NCBI GenBank assembly: GCA_964430065.1
Contig: CAYSEP010000001.1
Coordinates: 6,394 to 50,089, forward strand
Length of the DNA: 43,696 nucleotides
Direction: 5' to 3'
Origin: an uncultured Candidatus Peribacteria bacterium
Lineage (GTDB): Bacteria > Patescibacteriota > Gracilibacteria > BD1-5 > UBA2023
Of this stretch, positions 11,367 through 22,681 are shown in pieces (the first letter of the stretch is position 1; each line of letters begins with the position of its first letter). The position numbers were made by a program, and so were the translations under genes. The notes beneath the pieces are model-generated. The model saw nothing but the letters and a program-made list of their open reading frames with translations, was not told where the DNA came from and did no database searches.

Positions 11367-11831
11367 AACCTGACCCACAAACGTGAACGAACTATCAAGT
11401 ACTTTTTGAAGATTTCTCGATGAGATACGGTGATACTACCCTGAAGAAAGTATTCGAGAATTCATCTCTTGGCACAGTCAGTTTTCTCTTGCAGAAAAGA
11501 TAGGCGATCCCAGTCGTTTTTTCGTGTTGTAAAAGACGAAAAAGGGAATATAATTGGATACTTTGAGTCTCGTAAGCATCCGAAAGTGGAAAATACTCAA
11601 GTTATCCAATGGTTTTTCGTAAAAGAAAACTACAGAAATAAGGGCATACTTAAGTGAATAATGTCCGAATTTGAGTCCTGGTGTCAGAAATATGGATATA
11701 CCTCTATTTGGAGTTATTCTGCACTCAGAAATAATGTCTCAAATGATGTTCATGGGAAACTCTTTTCAGATAACAGTATAGTTGATGTATGATTTTGACC
11801 TGTCTTTTGGTATAGAAAATCCTTGCAATAA
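11354..11831 (+). CDS. GNAT-family N-acetyltransferase, apparently frameshifted
   Basis: The C-terminal part (frame 0, to TAA 11829-11831) has FFRVVKDEKGNIIGYFES and the acetyl-CoA motif YRNKGILKG. A plausible N-terminal 49 codons start at ATG 11354 in another frame and end at TAG 11501-11503. The two frames join with a +1 shift at the A-run near 11494-11497. Confidence 0.55.
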
Positions 11832-11903
11832 TTCACTTTTCCCTATAATCCTCATTACCCGAGCTACAACTCGCGTATTTTTATCTATTAGCCGCAACTA
11901 ATT

Positions 11904-12992
11904 ATGGTCTCTCAGCTCAATGCTCGGCACAAGCCGAAATTTTCTCTGCTCACGTTTTATAAATTCGTCGATATCCCCGAATCCGAGCTCGACGCACTCG
12001 CACAGGATCATCTCGATTTCTGTCGTGACATCGGACTCAAGGGTCGTGTCTATCTCGGTACCGAAGGTATCAGCTCGACTGTCACTGGAAATCAGGGGCA
12101 ATGCTGGTCTTATCGCGAATATTTGCAGAAATCAAAATACTTCCAAGATATCCCCGATATCGACTCGAAATCGACTCCCGTAGAAGACCACCAGTTCCCT
12201 CGTATGAGCGTAAAGATCCGCAATGAGATAGTCACCCTCGGAGTGAAAGTAAGTGCAGAAGAAGTCAAAAAACACAAAAAAGAACTCACGCCAGAAGAAT
12301 TCAAAGAAATCCTCGATGGAGGAAAAGCAGATGACTATGTGATCCTCGACATGAGAAATGACTACGAATATAGGCTCGGGCATTTTCGGAATGCTATCCC
12401 AGCAGGGACAGTGAATTTCCGTGAAGTCCCGAAGCTTCTCGAGCAATACGGAAAAGCTGCACAAGGCAAAAAAGTCATCTGGTACTGTACTGGAGGTATC
12501 CGCTGTGAGAAGGCAGCCGTCCTCGCGAACCAGTGAAGTGATACTGAGTACTACTCGATCCAGGGTGGTGTGGTAAAGTATGTGAACGAATACAATGACG
12601 GAAACTGGCTCGGGAATCTCTATACATTCGATGGACGTGTCTCGACACAAGTCGGGGATCAGTCTACTCATACGACGATCGGAGAGTGTCTCTACACAGG
12701 AGAAAAAACAGATAATTGCGAAAATTGTCGCTACGCTCCGTGCAATGCTCGACTCATCGCGACAGAAAAGGCATTCCGCAAACATATGGGATTTTGCTCT
12801 CGGGAATGCTACGAAAAAGCTCGTCTCGATGGACTCGTAAAGGATGTGGAGTGGGACAAGCTCGACTACAAAAATGTACGAAAGGAAACTGACGGACTCG
12901 GAAAGATCGCCGCCCACCTCGATCGCAAGCTCGCGAATATCGAGTGGACTCATGCAACTTCTCAGAAAGAAGGGGAAGTGGTAGAATGCTAG
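11904..12992 (+). CDS. trhO: rhodanese-domain tRNA uridine(34) hydroxylase TrhO (YceA/UPF0176 family)
   Basis: Track ORFs 11904..12536 and 12570..12992 are in frame and joined through one TGA. The active-site loop CTGGIRCEKA and the C-terminal Cys cluster are typical of the YceA family. Confidence 0.85.
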
Positions 12993-13054
12993 ATATTTGC
13001 AAAAAATAAAGAAATGTGAGAGAATAAATTACAATAAAATTTATTCTTACCCTT

Positions 13055-14524
13055 ATGAGTATTTTTTGACAACTATTTCCATCATATTGAGAACAAGATC
13101 ATGTTTGAGTTTTGCGTGATGCTGATTTGGTTCTTAGTTTGCTAAGATGACATCCAGAAATGTGAAAATTTCACGATAAGATTATAGCTCTACTGCAAGA
13201 TGATTCGAGTATTTGAGTAACACTAAGAGAGAAACTTTTTCGATCATATGGATCGATGAAAAACTGACCTCTAGCTCCTCAAGACAGAGAAAATCTTACA
13301 TTAATTGATAAGTCTCATTGAGCATACAAAGATATGCTTACATTTCGCTATTTTGCACAAAGTAATCCTTCGCAGTTTCTCGAAAATCTTAAAGTCAATA
13401 TCCAAAAATTACTTGATAAGTATCCCCTAAAATCAGAAGAAATAAACAAAGTTTCAGAAATGGTGTCCAAAGTAGATGAGAAGAATTTTGCTTCGATACT
13501 ATCTCATCTCACTAATCATGCAGAAAAAATCGCATTTTGTGAATGATGTATCAGTAAGGGGAAGTGTCTTCCTCAAATTCTTGCCTATGCGAAAGAAGAA
13601 CAAAATGTCAGGACAGACACAAAAGAAAAATCGTTTGAATATTGGGACTATAACAATCTCATCTCTCTTGTGGAGACTCGCATGAGAATTTCAGATAAAA
13701 AAACAAATGAAAGTAAGGCATTTTCCCTTTCTGGGTGAGCATGAAATGCTCTCAGTCAGCTCTCTGTGATTTATGAGTATATAAAATGATGAGGTCGCGT
13801 ATCTAGTATCTCAGGAACCAGTATGGGGTCGCTGATTGCAGTGCTTGTAGCAAAAGCTTGAAATAATCATGAGCAGATAAAGAAATTTATGGATGATATA
13901 GAGATGATGGGCAACCAATGAGTAATACCTGAAAAATTAAACTCAAGCCAAAAACAAAGGGAAGCTTTAGAGTTATTTGAGAAATTTCTTGAAACACATG
14001 GCATAACAGAACAGACTCGTTTTTCTGATCTTGATATACCAGCTCTAGTAAATGCATGAAGGCAGTATGAATGATGAGAACAAGAAGTGGTACTCTGATG
14101 ATCTGAGAAAGTTCTCGAAGCAGTGCGCGCCTCCATGAATGTGCCGACTGGAAATAATAATAATGGTAAACTAGGCTCTACACCTGTTCATGGAGTCCCT
14201 ATGATCGATTACGCTGCGAATGAACGATGAAACCCTACTCACTGGCTTGAGATTGCCTGAGAAGAGCAAAAAAATCTTGTAGCTATTGATGTTTGATATT
14301 CTTCTGAAAAATGAGGAAGTGCATTTGTGAGAAGACTTTTTCAGAGAGCGACATTTAGGGATTTTTATGCAAAGATGCGTATGAAATCAGCTGGAGGAAT
14401 CGTTATTGATATGCCTCTCCAATCTAGCGAATGATATAACTTTCCTAAAGGTGCTATGCGAAGATTCTTTGATATCGGTAAAACTGCATACGAAGAACAC
14501 TTTACCTCCCCACCCGCACCATAA
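13055..14524 (+). CDS. patatin-like phospholipase with an N-terminal domain of about 225 aa of unknown function
   Basis: Frame 2 is open from ATG 13055 to TAA 14522-14524 with about 25 TGA. The oxyanion motif SG[TGA]A[TGA]N reads GGxG, the nucleophile elbow is GTSMG, and ASMNVP and a downstream IDYAAN (Asp of the dyad) are present. Confidence 0.75.
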
Positions 14525-15806
14525 CCTTCACCCCTCGTGGGGTGTTTTTTTCGAGTGAGAGTGATCCTCTATGCAAACGCGCGATACGATCGACGATCGA
14601 GAGTCAGATTCCCATACTTTTATCTGTACCAGTACGAGCCTTATCGACTCGGTAGAATTTCTCCTTTACGAACATGAGCTCATCTTCAGGGATCCCAGTA
14701 CCATCATCAGAAAAGGTAATGATATACTCTTTCTCTGATTTCTCATAGGAGAATGTAAGTGTCGTATCTTCACCTGCATACTTGATGAAGTTCGACATGA
14801 TGTTGTGGAGGATCTGGACATACATACTCTTGTCCATCGAAGTCATCGTGTCAGAAGGGAAGTGGATTTCGGTTTTTTGGTTATTTTTCTGAAGCTGTGG
14901 GACGTACTCAGAGACGATATCCTCCGTGATACGACGAAGAGAAAATCTCTCCACTTTCACCTGCTCGAATATATCGTGCGTGAGTGACTCGTAGTCCATG
15001 ATGCGGCCAGTGATATGGGTTAGGCGTTCGAGCTCAGACTGGAGGAGATCAACTGTCCCCGTATCGAGCTTCATGACGCCGTCTTGTATCCCTTCGAGGT
15101 AGCACTTCACAGCGGTGATCGGCGTACGGATCTCATGAGAAAGGTCAGAGAGGAAGTCAGATCGGATTTTTTCCTGGATCGAGAGGGATTTATGGAGATT
15201 ATTGATCGTGGAGATGAGCGGAGCAAATTCATTTTTCCCACTATAGCGGATACTCGCATAGCGTTTGCGATCGATGATGTTTCGGATATTTTCTGTGACG
15301 ATACCGATCGGACGAAATATAGAACGTATCCAGAGAAGATAGAGTACGAGTATGAGAGCGAGCCAGATGAAGTTCGCGAGAAATACTCACTTCAGTATAT
15401 TGGTCACGAATCGTCACTCAGAAGTATCATCTCCGAGAGCTCCGAGACGAAATACAGAGAATCAGGCTCATTTGTACGAGCTTACCGATGGTATACTAAA
15501 CATCGTATCTGAGCCTCCACTTCCCATATAGAGTTCCGGATTTTTCGAGATATTTTCGATCGAGGTCGATATATTCGCGAGCTCAGAGAAGATGGCGAGA
15601 TACTCTGCTTGGTCTTTTTTATCGAGCTTACCGATCTGCAGAAGCGCTCTGAGTCTCTCGGGATCTGGAGTAGATTCTTTCGAGAGTTCAGCGACGTATG
15701 TAGAAAAATATTTTTCAGAAAAATACTGAAAAGCCATGATATTAACCACAGCCGTAAAAATCAGGATGATACCCGTGATGAGTGGGATACGATAGACGAG
15801 CTTCAT
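14502..15806 (-). CDS. sensor histidine kinase (orphan; no adjacent response regulator)
   Basis: Track ORFs 15468..15806 and 14604..15110 share a frame, and the intervening and downstream stretches have only TGA. Two TM segments, H-box LSHEIRTPIT, N-box, and G-boxes DDGTGI and G[TGA]LSIV. TAA at 14502-14504, giving a 23-nt convergent overlap with the patatin gene. Confidence 0.85.
14529..14551 (+). terminator. intrinsic terminator downstream of the patatin gene, embedded in the histidine kinase coding sequence on the other strand
   Basis: cacccc-tcgt-ggggtg followed by T7. Confidence 0.6.
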
Positions 15807-15850
15807 GAGCGTATTATAGCGAGAAGGAGAAAAAAGACAAAACAGTTTCC

Positions 15851-15920
15851 GTCATTCCTGCGCGCCCCTTACGAAGTGAAACGAAGTATGGAAGTACCCT
15901 TGGGGGTGAAGGCAGGAATC
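15851..15920. repeat. family-A mini-repeat (copy A2), short form with an extra insert in the loop
   Basis: gtcattcctgcg [46-nt insert] aaggcaggaatc. Compare the compact copies at 41710 and 30281. Confidence 0.6.
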
Positions 15921-16008
15921 TCGCTTTTATAGAGGCTTTTTCTTTGCTTTTTCTCCATTTTTTCCTATACTCCATCTATATTTCTCTCATATTACCATTC
16001 CATTTTTC

Positions 16009-17475
16009 ATGACCGTAAGAACACGTCTCGCCCCATCCCCGACAGGATATCTTCATATCGGATGACTCAGAACTGCTCTCTACTGCTATCTCTGGGCTCA
16101 TCATAATAAGTGACAATACCTTATCCGTATCGAAGATACCGATCGCACTCGTCTTGTAGAAGGTGCTGTAGATATGATCCTCGATACACACGATATCCTC
16201 GGGCTCACACCCGACGAGAGCGTACGACACGGTGGTGACTACGGTCCCTATATCCAGAGTGAACGTCTCCCTACGTATGCGCCACGACTTCATAGTATGT
16301 GTGAGAATGGCACTGGCTATTACTGTTTCTGTACTTCCGAGAGACTCACAGCACTGAAAGAAGAACAAGAGCTCCTGAAACTCCCTCCTCGCTACGATGG
16401 ACTCTGTCGAGATATCCCTCTCGAGGAAGCTCGCGAGCGTATAGCAAATGGTGAGAAATATGTCATCCGACTCAAAGTCCCGAAAGCAGAAAAAATCATA
16501 TTCAACGACCTTATCCGTGGACGCATAGAGTTCAATACGGGCGAAGTAGAAGATCAAGTTCTTCTAAAATCTGATGGCATCTATCCGACGTATCATGGTG
16601 CCATCGTGATCGACGATGAAGCTATGAAGATCTCGCATGTCATGCGAGGAGAAGAGTGGATCAGCTCGATCCCGAAGCAAGTCCTCGTCGCTCGAGCACT
16701 TGGCATCACTCTCCCAGAGTATGCTCATCTTCCGAATGTCCTCGGTGCAGACGGGAAGAAACTCTCGAAACGTACGGGAGATGTCGCAGTCAGCGAATAT
16801 CTGAAAAAATGATATATGCCCGAAGCGCTTCTGAATTTCCTCTCCCTTCTCGGATGGCATCCGAAGACCGATCAAGAGATCATGAGCATGGACGAGATGA
16901 TAGAGAAATTCGAGATCCGAGACATCCATAAGTCATGAGCTGTCCTCGATCCTGTGAAGCTCGACTGGATGAATGGCGAGTACATAAAACGTATGGAAAT
17001 CGGAGAGCTCCATACACGCCTCGCGAAGTATCTCGAAGAGTACGAGGAGGATTTCTACAGAAATACCTTCAGTCAGCGTGACTACGAATACAATACCCGT
17101 ATCATCCGCGAACTTCAGACTCGTATGAAGAAATTCGATGAATACATCGGTCTCACGACATCGCTCTACGGAGAAGCAAAAATCCGTAAAGATCTCCTCG
17201 TGAATGCAAAAATGAAGATCGAGTCAGAGACAGAAGCACTCGACTCACTCGCCTTCGCACTTCCACTTCTCGAGTCTGCCGACTATACTTCGCTCGATGC
17301 TCTGAAGGGCCCAATCCTCGAAGCGATAGCAACTGCCGGAAAGAAAAACGGACAGATTCTCTGGCCACTGCGAGTCGCACTCTCGGGAGAAGAGTTCTCA
17401 CCAGGAGCATTCGAACTCGCATACATTCTCGGAAAAGAAGAGTCTCTGAAGCGCATAAAAAAAGTCCTAGAATAA
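16009..17475 (+). CDS. gltX: glutamate--tRNA ligase
   Basis: [10 protein letters not shown][TGA]LRTAL (HIGH motif; family consensus HIGG) and KLSKR. Track pieces 16174..16812 and 16954..17475 are in frame. 4 TGA in total. Confidence 0.95.
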
Positions 17476-17498
17476 GACGAACTCTAAATTTCTATTTT

Positions 17499-17601
17499 GT
17501 CATGCCGTAGGCATCCCTTTCAGAATCACGTTTGAAAAAAAGATAATCAAAATCTCTTAAGCAAATGAAAAAGCGATTTCTCCGCTACGCTACGAAATGA
17601 C
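17499..17601. repeat. family-A mini-repeat (copy A3)
   Basis: ttgtcatgccgtaggcat ... cgaaatgacaa termini, located downstream of gltX. Confidence 0.6.
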
Positions 17602-17656
17602 AAATCCAAAAATCCTGAATTTAAAAACTTAATACCTAAATCCTAACACCCAAAAA

Positions 17657-17992
17657 ATGCTCTACGTCGTCCTCAAAACCATCATAGAAACAAGTATACT
17701 TCAATATACTTGCCAGAGTTGCCAAGGAAAAGTGAATGAATCCTCTATAAACGTCACTCATGCGAATGAAAACGCCATAGACCTCACCATCACTTGTCCT
17801 CACTGTGCTTCTGGAACGCAGATACACGCTGAGATAGCGAATATGAATCATGAATTCCTCCAGTCAGACGAGTGACAACAGGTGATCCACCAAGCTATCA
17901 AAAAAAGTGAAAACGCGATCAAAGATACCGATATAGAGTCTGTACAAAAATCCCTTTCGGAAAGTCGCTCGATCGAAGATCTTCTTAAATAA
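17657..17992 (+). CDS. small zinc-ribbon protein
   Basis: 111 codons with one TGA. CxxC (CQSC) and CxxC (CPHC) pairs. Confidence 0.5.
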
Positions 17993-17998
17993 CTTTTT

Positions 17999-18394
17999 AT
18001 GTTTGCTAAATTTTTTGCACTCCTTCTGCTTATTGCCACTCTCTACGGTGTAGCTATTTTTGCTACCCCCGAACTCGCAGACACTTACGGAAATAAAGAG
18101 TGGAACATGAAAATCCGAGAATACAAAAAATCGTTCGAGAGCTTCTCGTCTGGATGACTCACGCCAAAGTCACTCATAGAAAGTGCTCAAGATATAGCAA
18201 AACCCTATATCGACGAATCCCAAAAGACTATACAAGAAGTCCAAAATACCGCCAAAGAAATAAAAACAACGATAGACACCAAAACAGAACAAGTGTCTCA
18301 GGCTATTGATTCCACACAAAAAGCACTCGATGGAGTCAATAAAGCAAAAGAAGATATCCAAAATACTCTTCGCTTCTCTTCAGGATCACGGTAA
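17999..18394 (+). CDS. membrane-anchored coiled-coil protein
   Basis: 131 codons with one TGA. N-terminal hydrophobic helix MFAKFFALLLLIATLYGVAIFA, then a K/E/Q-rich helical region. Confidence 0.5.
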
Positions 18395-18417
18395 CATACC
18401 ACCAACCACTCCTATTT

Positions 18418-19449
18418 ATGAATTTCGATACCCGATACATGCGAGGAAGACCTGCGAAGAAGAAAAATAGCTTTCTTCCTATTCTTATTATCGTTCTCAT
18501 TATCGGGGTTTTTCTCTCGTATATGAGCATTCGTGGTATATGAGATACTCCTGTAAAAGCAGGAAAATATACGATCAGCAAGTGAGTGACTCTCTCCGAA
18601 ATGCCGAAAATACTGAATCTCGATATAGCAGATTGGCGATATAAGTTCTGGCTCAAGTACATTTCGAAGACGACTCCGAAGATCCAAGCAGGAACCTACG
18701 AAGTCGATAAAACCACGACACTTTCTGAGGTCTTCACCAGCGTCCTCACGAAACCAGTGATTACTGATCTCACGATCACAGTGCTCCCAGGGTGGAATAT
18801 CTATGACATCGACGATGCGCTCGCGAATAAGAAAATCATCGAACCAGGTGCGCTTCTCCTCGCAGCTCGTGACCACTTCGGAACTCTTCAGGACAAATAC
18901 TCATTTCTGAAATGAAGGCTCACCCTCGAAGGATTTCTCTACCCAGATACCTATCGTGTCCTCCCGACTGCCGATGCCTACATGATCCTCGATCGACTTC
19001 TCGGAGAATTCGATAAAAAAATCGGAGAATCTTATAACTCTCTCGGAGATGCCGCATACGAAAGCCTCATACTCGCATCCATCGTCGAACGAGAAGAACG
19101 CAACTCGAGCGAAAAACCGATCGTCGCCGATATCCTCGCGAAGCGTGTAAAAGAATGAATCCCTATGTGAGCGGATGCGACGGTGTGTTATGGATATGCG
19201 AAGACGCAAAAACAGTGTACTCCCGCATTTATCGGCGAAGTTATCTATAAAAAAGATCCCTACAATACTCGTAACAAACAAGGATATCCACCAACTCCGA
19301 TCTCGAGTATATCTCAGGGTACCTGGGAAGCGGTGATGAACAAAAAATCTTCTCCATACTACTACTACCTTCATGATAATGATGGAAATATTCACTACGG
19401 AAAGACACTTGCCGAGCATAATGCGAATAAGGCACAATACCTGCAGTAA
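18418..19449 (+). CDS. mltG: endolytic murein transglycosylase MltG (YceG family)
   Basis: N-terminal TM helix, LEGFLYPDTY, ASIVEREE, and G[TGA]ADATVCYG. Track pieces 18586..18915 and 19183..19449 are in frame. 5 TGA. Confidence 0.85.
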
Positions 19450-19512
19450 GACCTCTTACCTTCCTCTTACGAAAGTATGATACACTTGAAAAATACTCTA
19501 TAAGTCCATAGC

Positions 19513-20967
19513 ATGATAGAACACCTAAATACACTCCTCCTTCCTCTCGAGAACCTGATAAAAAAATACCGAAAATATATAGGCTACGTCTTTCTTCTTC
19601 TGACGCTTCTCTCATTTTCTTTTTTTGCTATGCAAAATGGTGTGAAAGAGAGCTGAGAAAAAGCGATTCTCATACTCTGGATACTCCTCTGGATTCCGAT
19701 TTTTGCTCGAGTACTCGATCTGGGTATTGCCAAAGCTTTGCTACCGTTACGCAAAGAGCTTGGAATCCTTATGGGAACTCTGGCAGTAGTACACGCTACT
19801 AGCTTTATATCACCAGATCCAGGTTATCTTTTCACGTCGAATTTTTGGATTTCTGGATGATATCCTTCGGCCTATGCTTTTGGATTTTTTGCCTATATTC
19901 TCACCCTTCCTCTTCTTTTCACTTCGAGTACTTGGATGATGAAAAAAATGGGAAAATACTGGAAACTCCTCCACCGTCTTGCTTATGTTATAATTATACT
20001 TGTTGTAATACATGTGGTACTTATAAAGGCATTTCTTTGATTTGAGTACTGACCGGTAGTCATACTCGTCCTCTACTTCATAGGAAAAACTCTCGAATGG
20101 AGAGGCTTCACACTGAGAAAAAAATGAGAAAAAAATTACCAGAAATGACAAAAATGGATATGTCTTCCCTGTGGTATGATATATGATCCTATCCTCGGCG
20201 ATCCTGATGGTGGCATAAAACCTGGTACAGAATTTCATGATATCCCTGATTCATGGAGATGTCCTGAATGTGGTGTGACGAAGGCAGACTTCGCTCCCTA
20301 TGAACCAGGGAAAAAAGAAAAACGAGAACCCATACAGGTAGTAGAAAAAACTTTTTTGAATGAGACTACCGTAGAACTCATACTCGAAACAGTGAAGGAA
20401 GAAGAGTCAAAACCAGGACAGTTCATGAGTCTCATCTGGCAAGATGAAGATGGAGAGTTCCAGAGATCATATTCGATAGCAGCACAAGAGGGAAGTCGAT
20501 ATACCTTTCTCATCAAGCTCACTGAACATGGTCGAGGATCACGTGCGCTCAGATCTATCTCTGTATGAGAAAGTATAGTTACTCGTGGAGTGCTTGGCCA
20601 TTTTATCCTCCAGGAGGATTCACATCCGAAAATATTTGTCGCGACAGGAACAGGACTTGCTCCAATATACAATATGATCTCTAGCCTCTCTGAAGACGTG
20701 AAAAAGTCACTCTATTTCAGCGTATCGACAGAGGCAGAGCTTTTCTATATTGATAAGCTCCACTGCATCTCAAATCTCGATCTCCATATCCATACGACTC
20801 GTCAGAAAGTAGAATGATACAAGGAGGGAAGGATCGATATAGACCATATCGAAGCAAACCCCGATACTGAGTGGTATCTCTGTGGAAACCCTCGTATGGT
20901 CAGCGAAGCCAGAGAAAAACTCATGAAGAGATGATTCACGAAAGTCTATAGTGAAGAGTTTAACTAA
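19513..20967 (+). CDS. fusion protein: ferric-reductase-like transmembrane domain + rubredoxin + FNR-like FAD/NAD(P)-binding reductase
   Basis: Frame 1 is open from ATG 19513 to TAA 20965-20967 with 9 TGA. About 6 TM helices with His residues ([18 protein letters not shown]). Rubredoxin segment [12 protein letters not shown]...WRCPECG. FNR motifs [14 protein letters not shown] and YLCGNPRMV. Confidence 0.7.
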
Positions 20968-20982
20968 AAAGTCTCTCAAAAT

Positions 20983-21011
20983 TTGACAGGGGGGGGGTGA
21001 AGTGCTACACT
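20983..21011 (+). promoter_or_regulatory. sigma70-like promoter TTGACA-N17-TACACT whose spacer contains a G9 homopolymer
   Basis: TTGACA at 20983-20988, G9 at 20989-20997, a 17-nt spacer, and TACACT at 21006-21011. The downstream ATG is at 21043. Confidence 0.5.
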
Positions 21012-21042
21012 TATATCATATTAGCACTTTTCCCTATTTTTT

Positions 21043-22467
21043 ATGAAACCCTCTTCTCTCTCCCGCCGTGAGAAACTCCTCCTCGGACTTCTCTCTTCTA
21101 CCCTCATCTTCTCTGCATCATTCTCCTATGGAGCCGTGAATAGCAATAAGGTGGATGCTATCATGGAAATGATCACCAAAGGGTGAGCGAATTTCTCAGA
21201 TATCCCAGTAGCAGGACAAACCAAGAGTGAAAGAACTCAATACTACGAGAAAGTCGATGCAGGACTCTGAGATGCAGTAGAGATGCTTGCAGTCGTACGC
21301 AACAATATACGATCTCTCATGGGACTCTCTCCAGCATACACAGCAGATGATATCGTCTGAAGTATCCTCGGCTGATTGGTAAGTGGAGTAGGAGGGAATA
21401 CTGGAACGACAACGAGTCCAGGAAATCCAGCGAACCCTACCAGTACGACAGGAAACAGTTGTACAAACGGAGGTATAGTCGAACTCCCCCAGAGCATGCC
21501 TCACGGTCTTGATATGGGGGTCATACGAATAGCAATGGATAATACGTGTCGTACTCAGGTGTTCCGATGTAATAATGGTACCATAGAAAAGGTATGAGCA
21601 GAGGGAAGATCTTGCCCGACCAATTCTCGAATCCCTTTCCCAGGATATAGTCCACCAGCTGCACAGAGCTGTAAGACCAATCCTAAAATCACGGTGAAAA
21701 CCGCATACAGTGATTCTTTTAATGGTTTCGATTATGCAGGTGGAATATATGAAGATAACGGATTCCAAAATGCTACATTTCACTCCTATCCACTTCACGG
21801 TACACCAGATGGGATGAATCCAGATGACTTCTGAAAATATCAGGTCTCGCGATTTCAACGGACAGATGGAACAATCTTTGGTGATGTAATATTTCGTACA
21901 GTAGCTATCTCCAAGGTTCCAGACCAGTATACTCGTATAGCTCTCGGTGTCGACCCAAAGATCAGCAGGGGAGAACTATTCCCTGAAGTAAAGTGGGATC
22001 AGCAAACGAGACAAGCTAAGACAGGTAGTGGGATTCTCACAAAGGATGCTATAGACTATCCAGTTACTCCTTGGAATCTTGGTGTCTTTAGTTCTGGATT
22101 CACGATGGCGCTTTCTCGATGCCCTGGTGATGATGGAGATCTTGGGAATAGAGATACGATAAAAGGGCCATTCGGTACGAGAGGAATAGTAAGCATAGAG
22201 AGCAACCAGCCAGCCACTTTGGTAACAAGAACAGTCAAGTCTACCTATAAAAACGACGAGTCGACCGTATGGACCACCTATGATGCGAGCGCCCCAGGAT
22301 TTGGTGCTATGTTGTATGCCCTTCCTTGACTCTATACAGATACGATATGGTATAAAAATTATACCGGACATGGAGATTGTATGCCTAATAATACTACATG
22401 GTGATGTATCTTTAAAAGAGAGGGTGGATCAGCTGGATCACGATATGGTCCCATGGGGCCACTCTAG
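21043..22467 (+). CDS. secreted Cys-rich protein of unknown function
   Basis: Frame 1 was read line by line and is open for 474 codons with 8 TGA to TAG 22465-22467. Signal-peptide-like N-terminus MKPSSLSRREKLLLGLLSSTLIFSASFSYGA, followed by a Thr/Pro/Gly linker. Confidence 0.65.
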
Positions 22468-22582
22468 GAAAATCATAGAAAATTTTTAGTATGAGTATTG
22501 ATCACTACGAACAAGATAGCATGACTTTAAGCATAGGGAAAGGTTTACAAAAAATAAAGTGAAGAGTGTAACTAAATCTATT

Positions 22583-22618
22583 ACACTCGAAAATATGAAA
22601 ATTTCGAGTGTTTTTTTT
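22583..22618 (+). terminator. intrinsic terminator
   Basis: acactcgaaa ... tttcgagtgt hairpin followed by T8. Confidence 0.6.
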
Positions 22619-22681
22619 ATTCTGCTTTGGTAAAAGCAGGGAAGAGTTATACACTAGGGGGCATACTACTAATTCACACTC

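Noticed and set aside
12132-12953. 273-aa minus-strand ORF in the track. Similar long antisense ORFs lie at 15976..16557, 18901..19437, 21196..21858, 31167..31739, 2074..2831 and 30549..30926.
   Set aside because: Each lies antisense to a gene with clear family motifs (trhO, gltX, mltG, the secreted protein, the aminotransferase, dnaB, gdh). Their sequences are low-complexity or Ser/Arg/Cys-rich. Absence of stops on the opposite strand is expected from the codon bias of the real genes.
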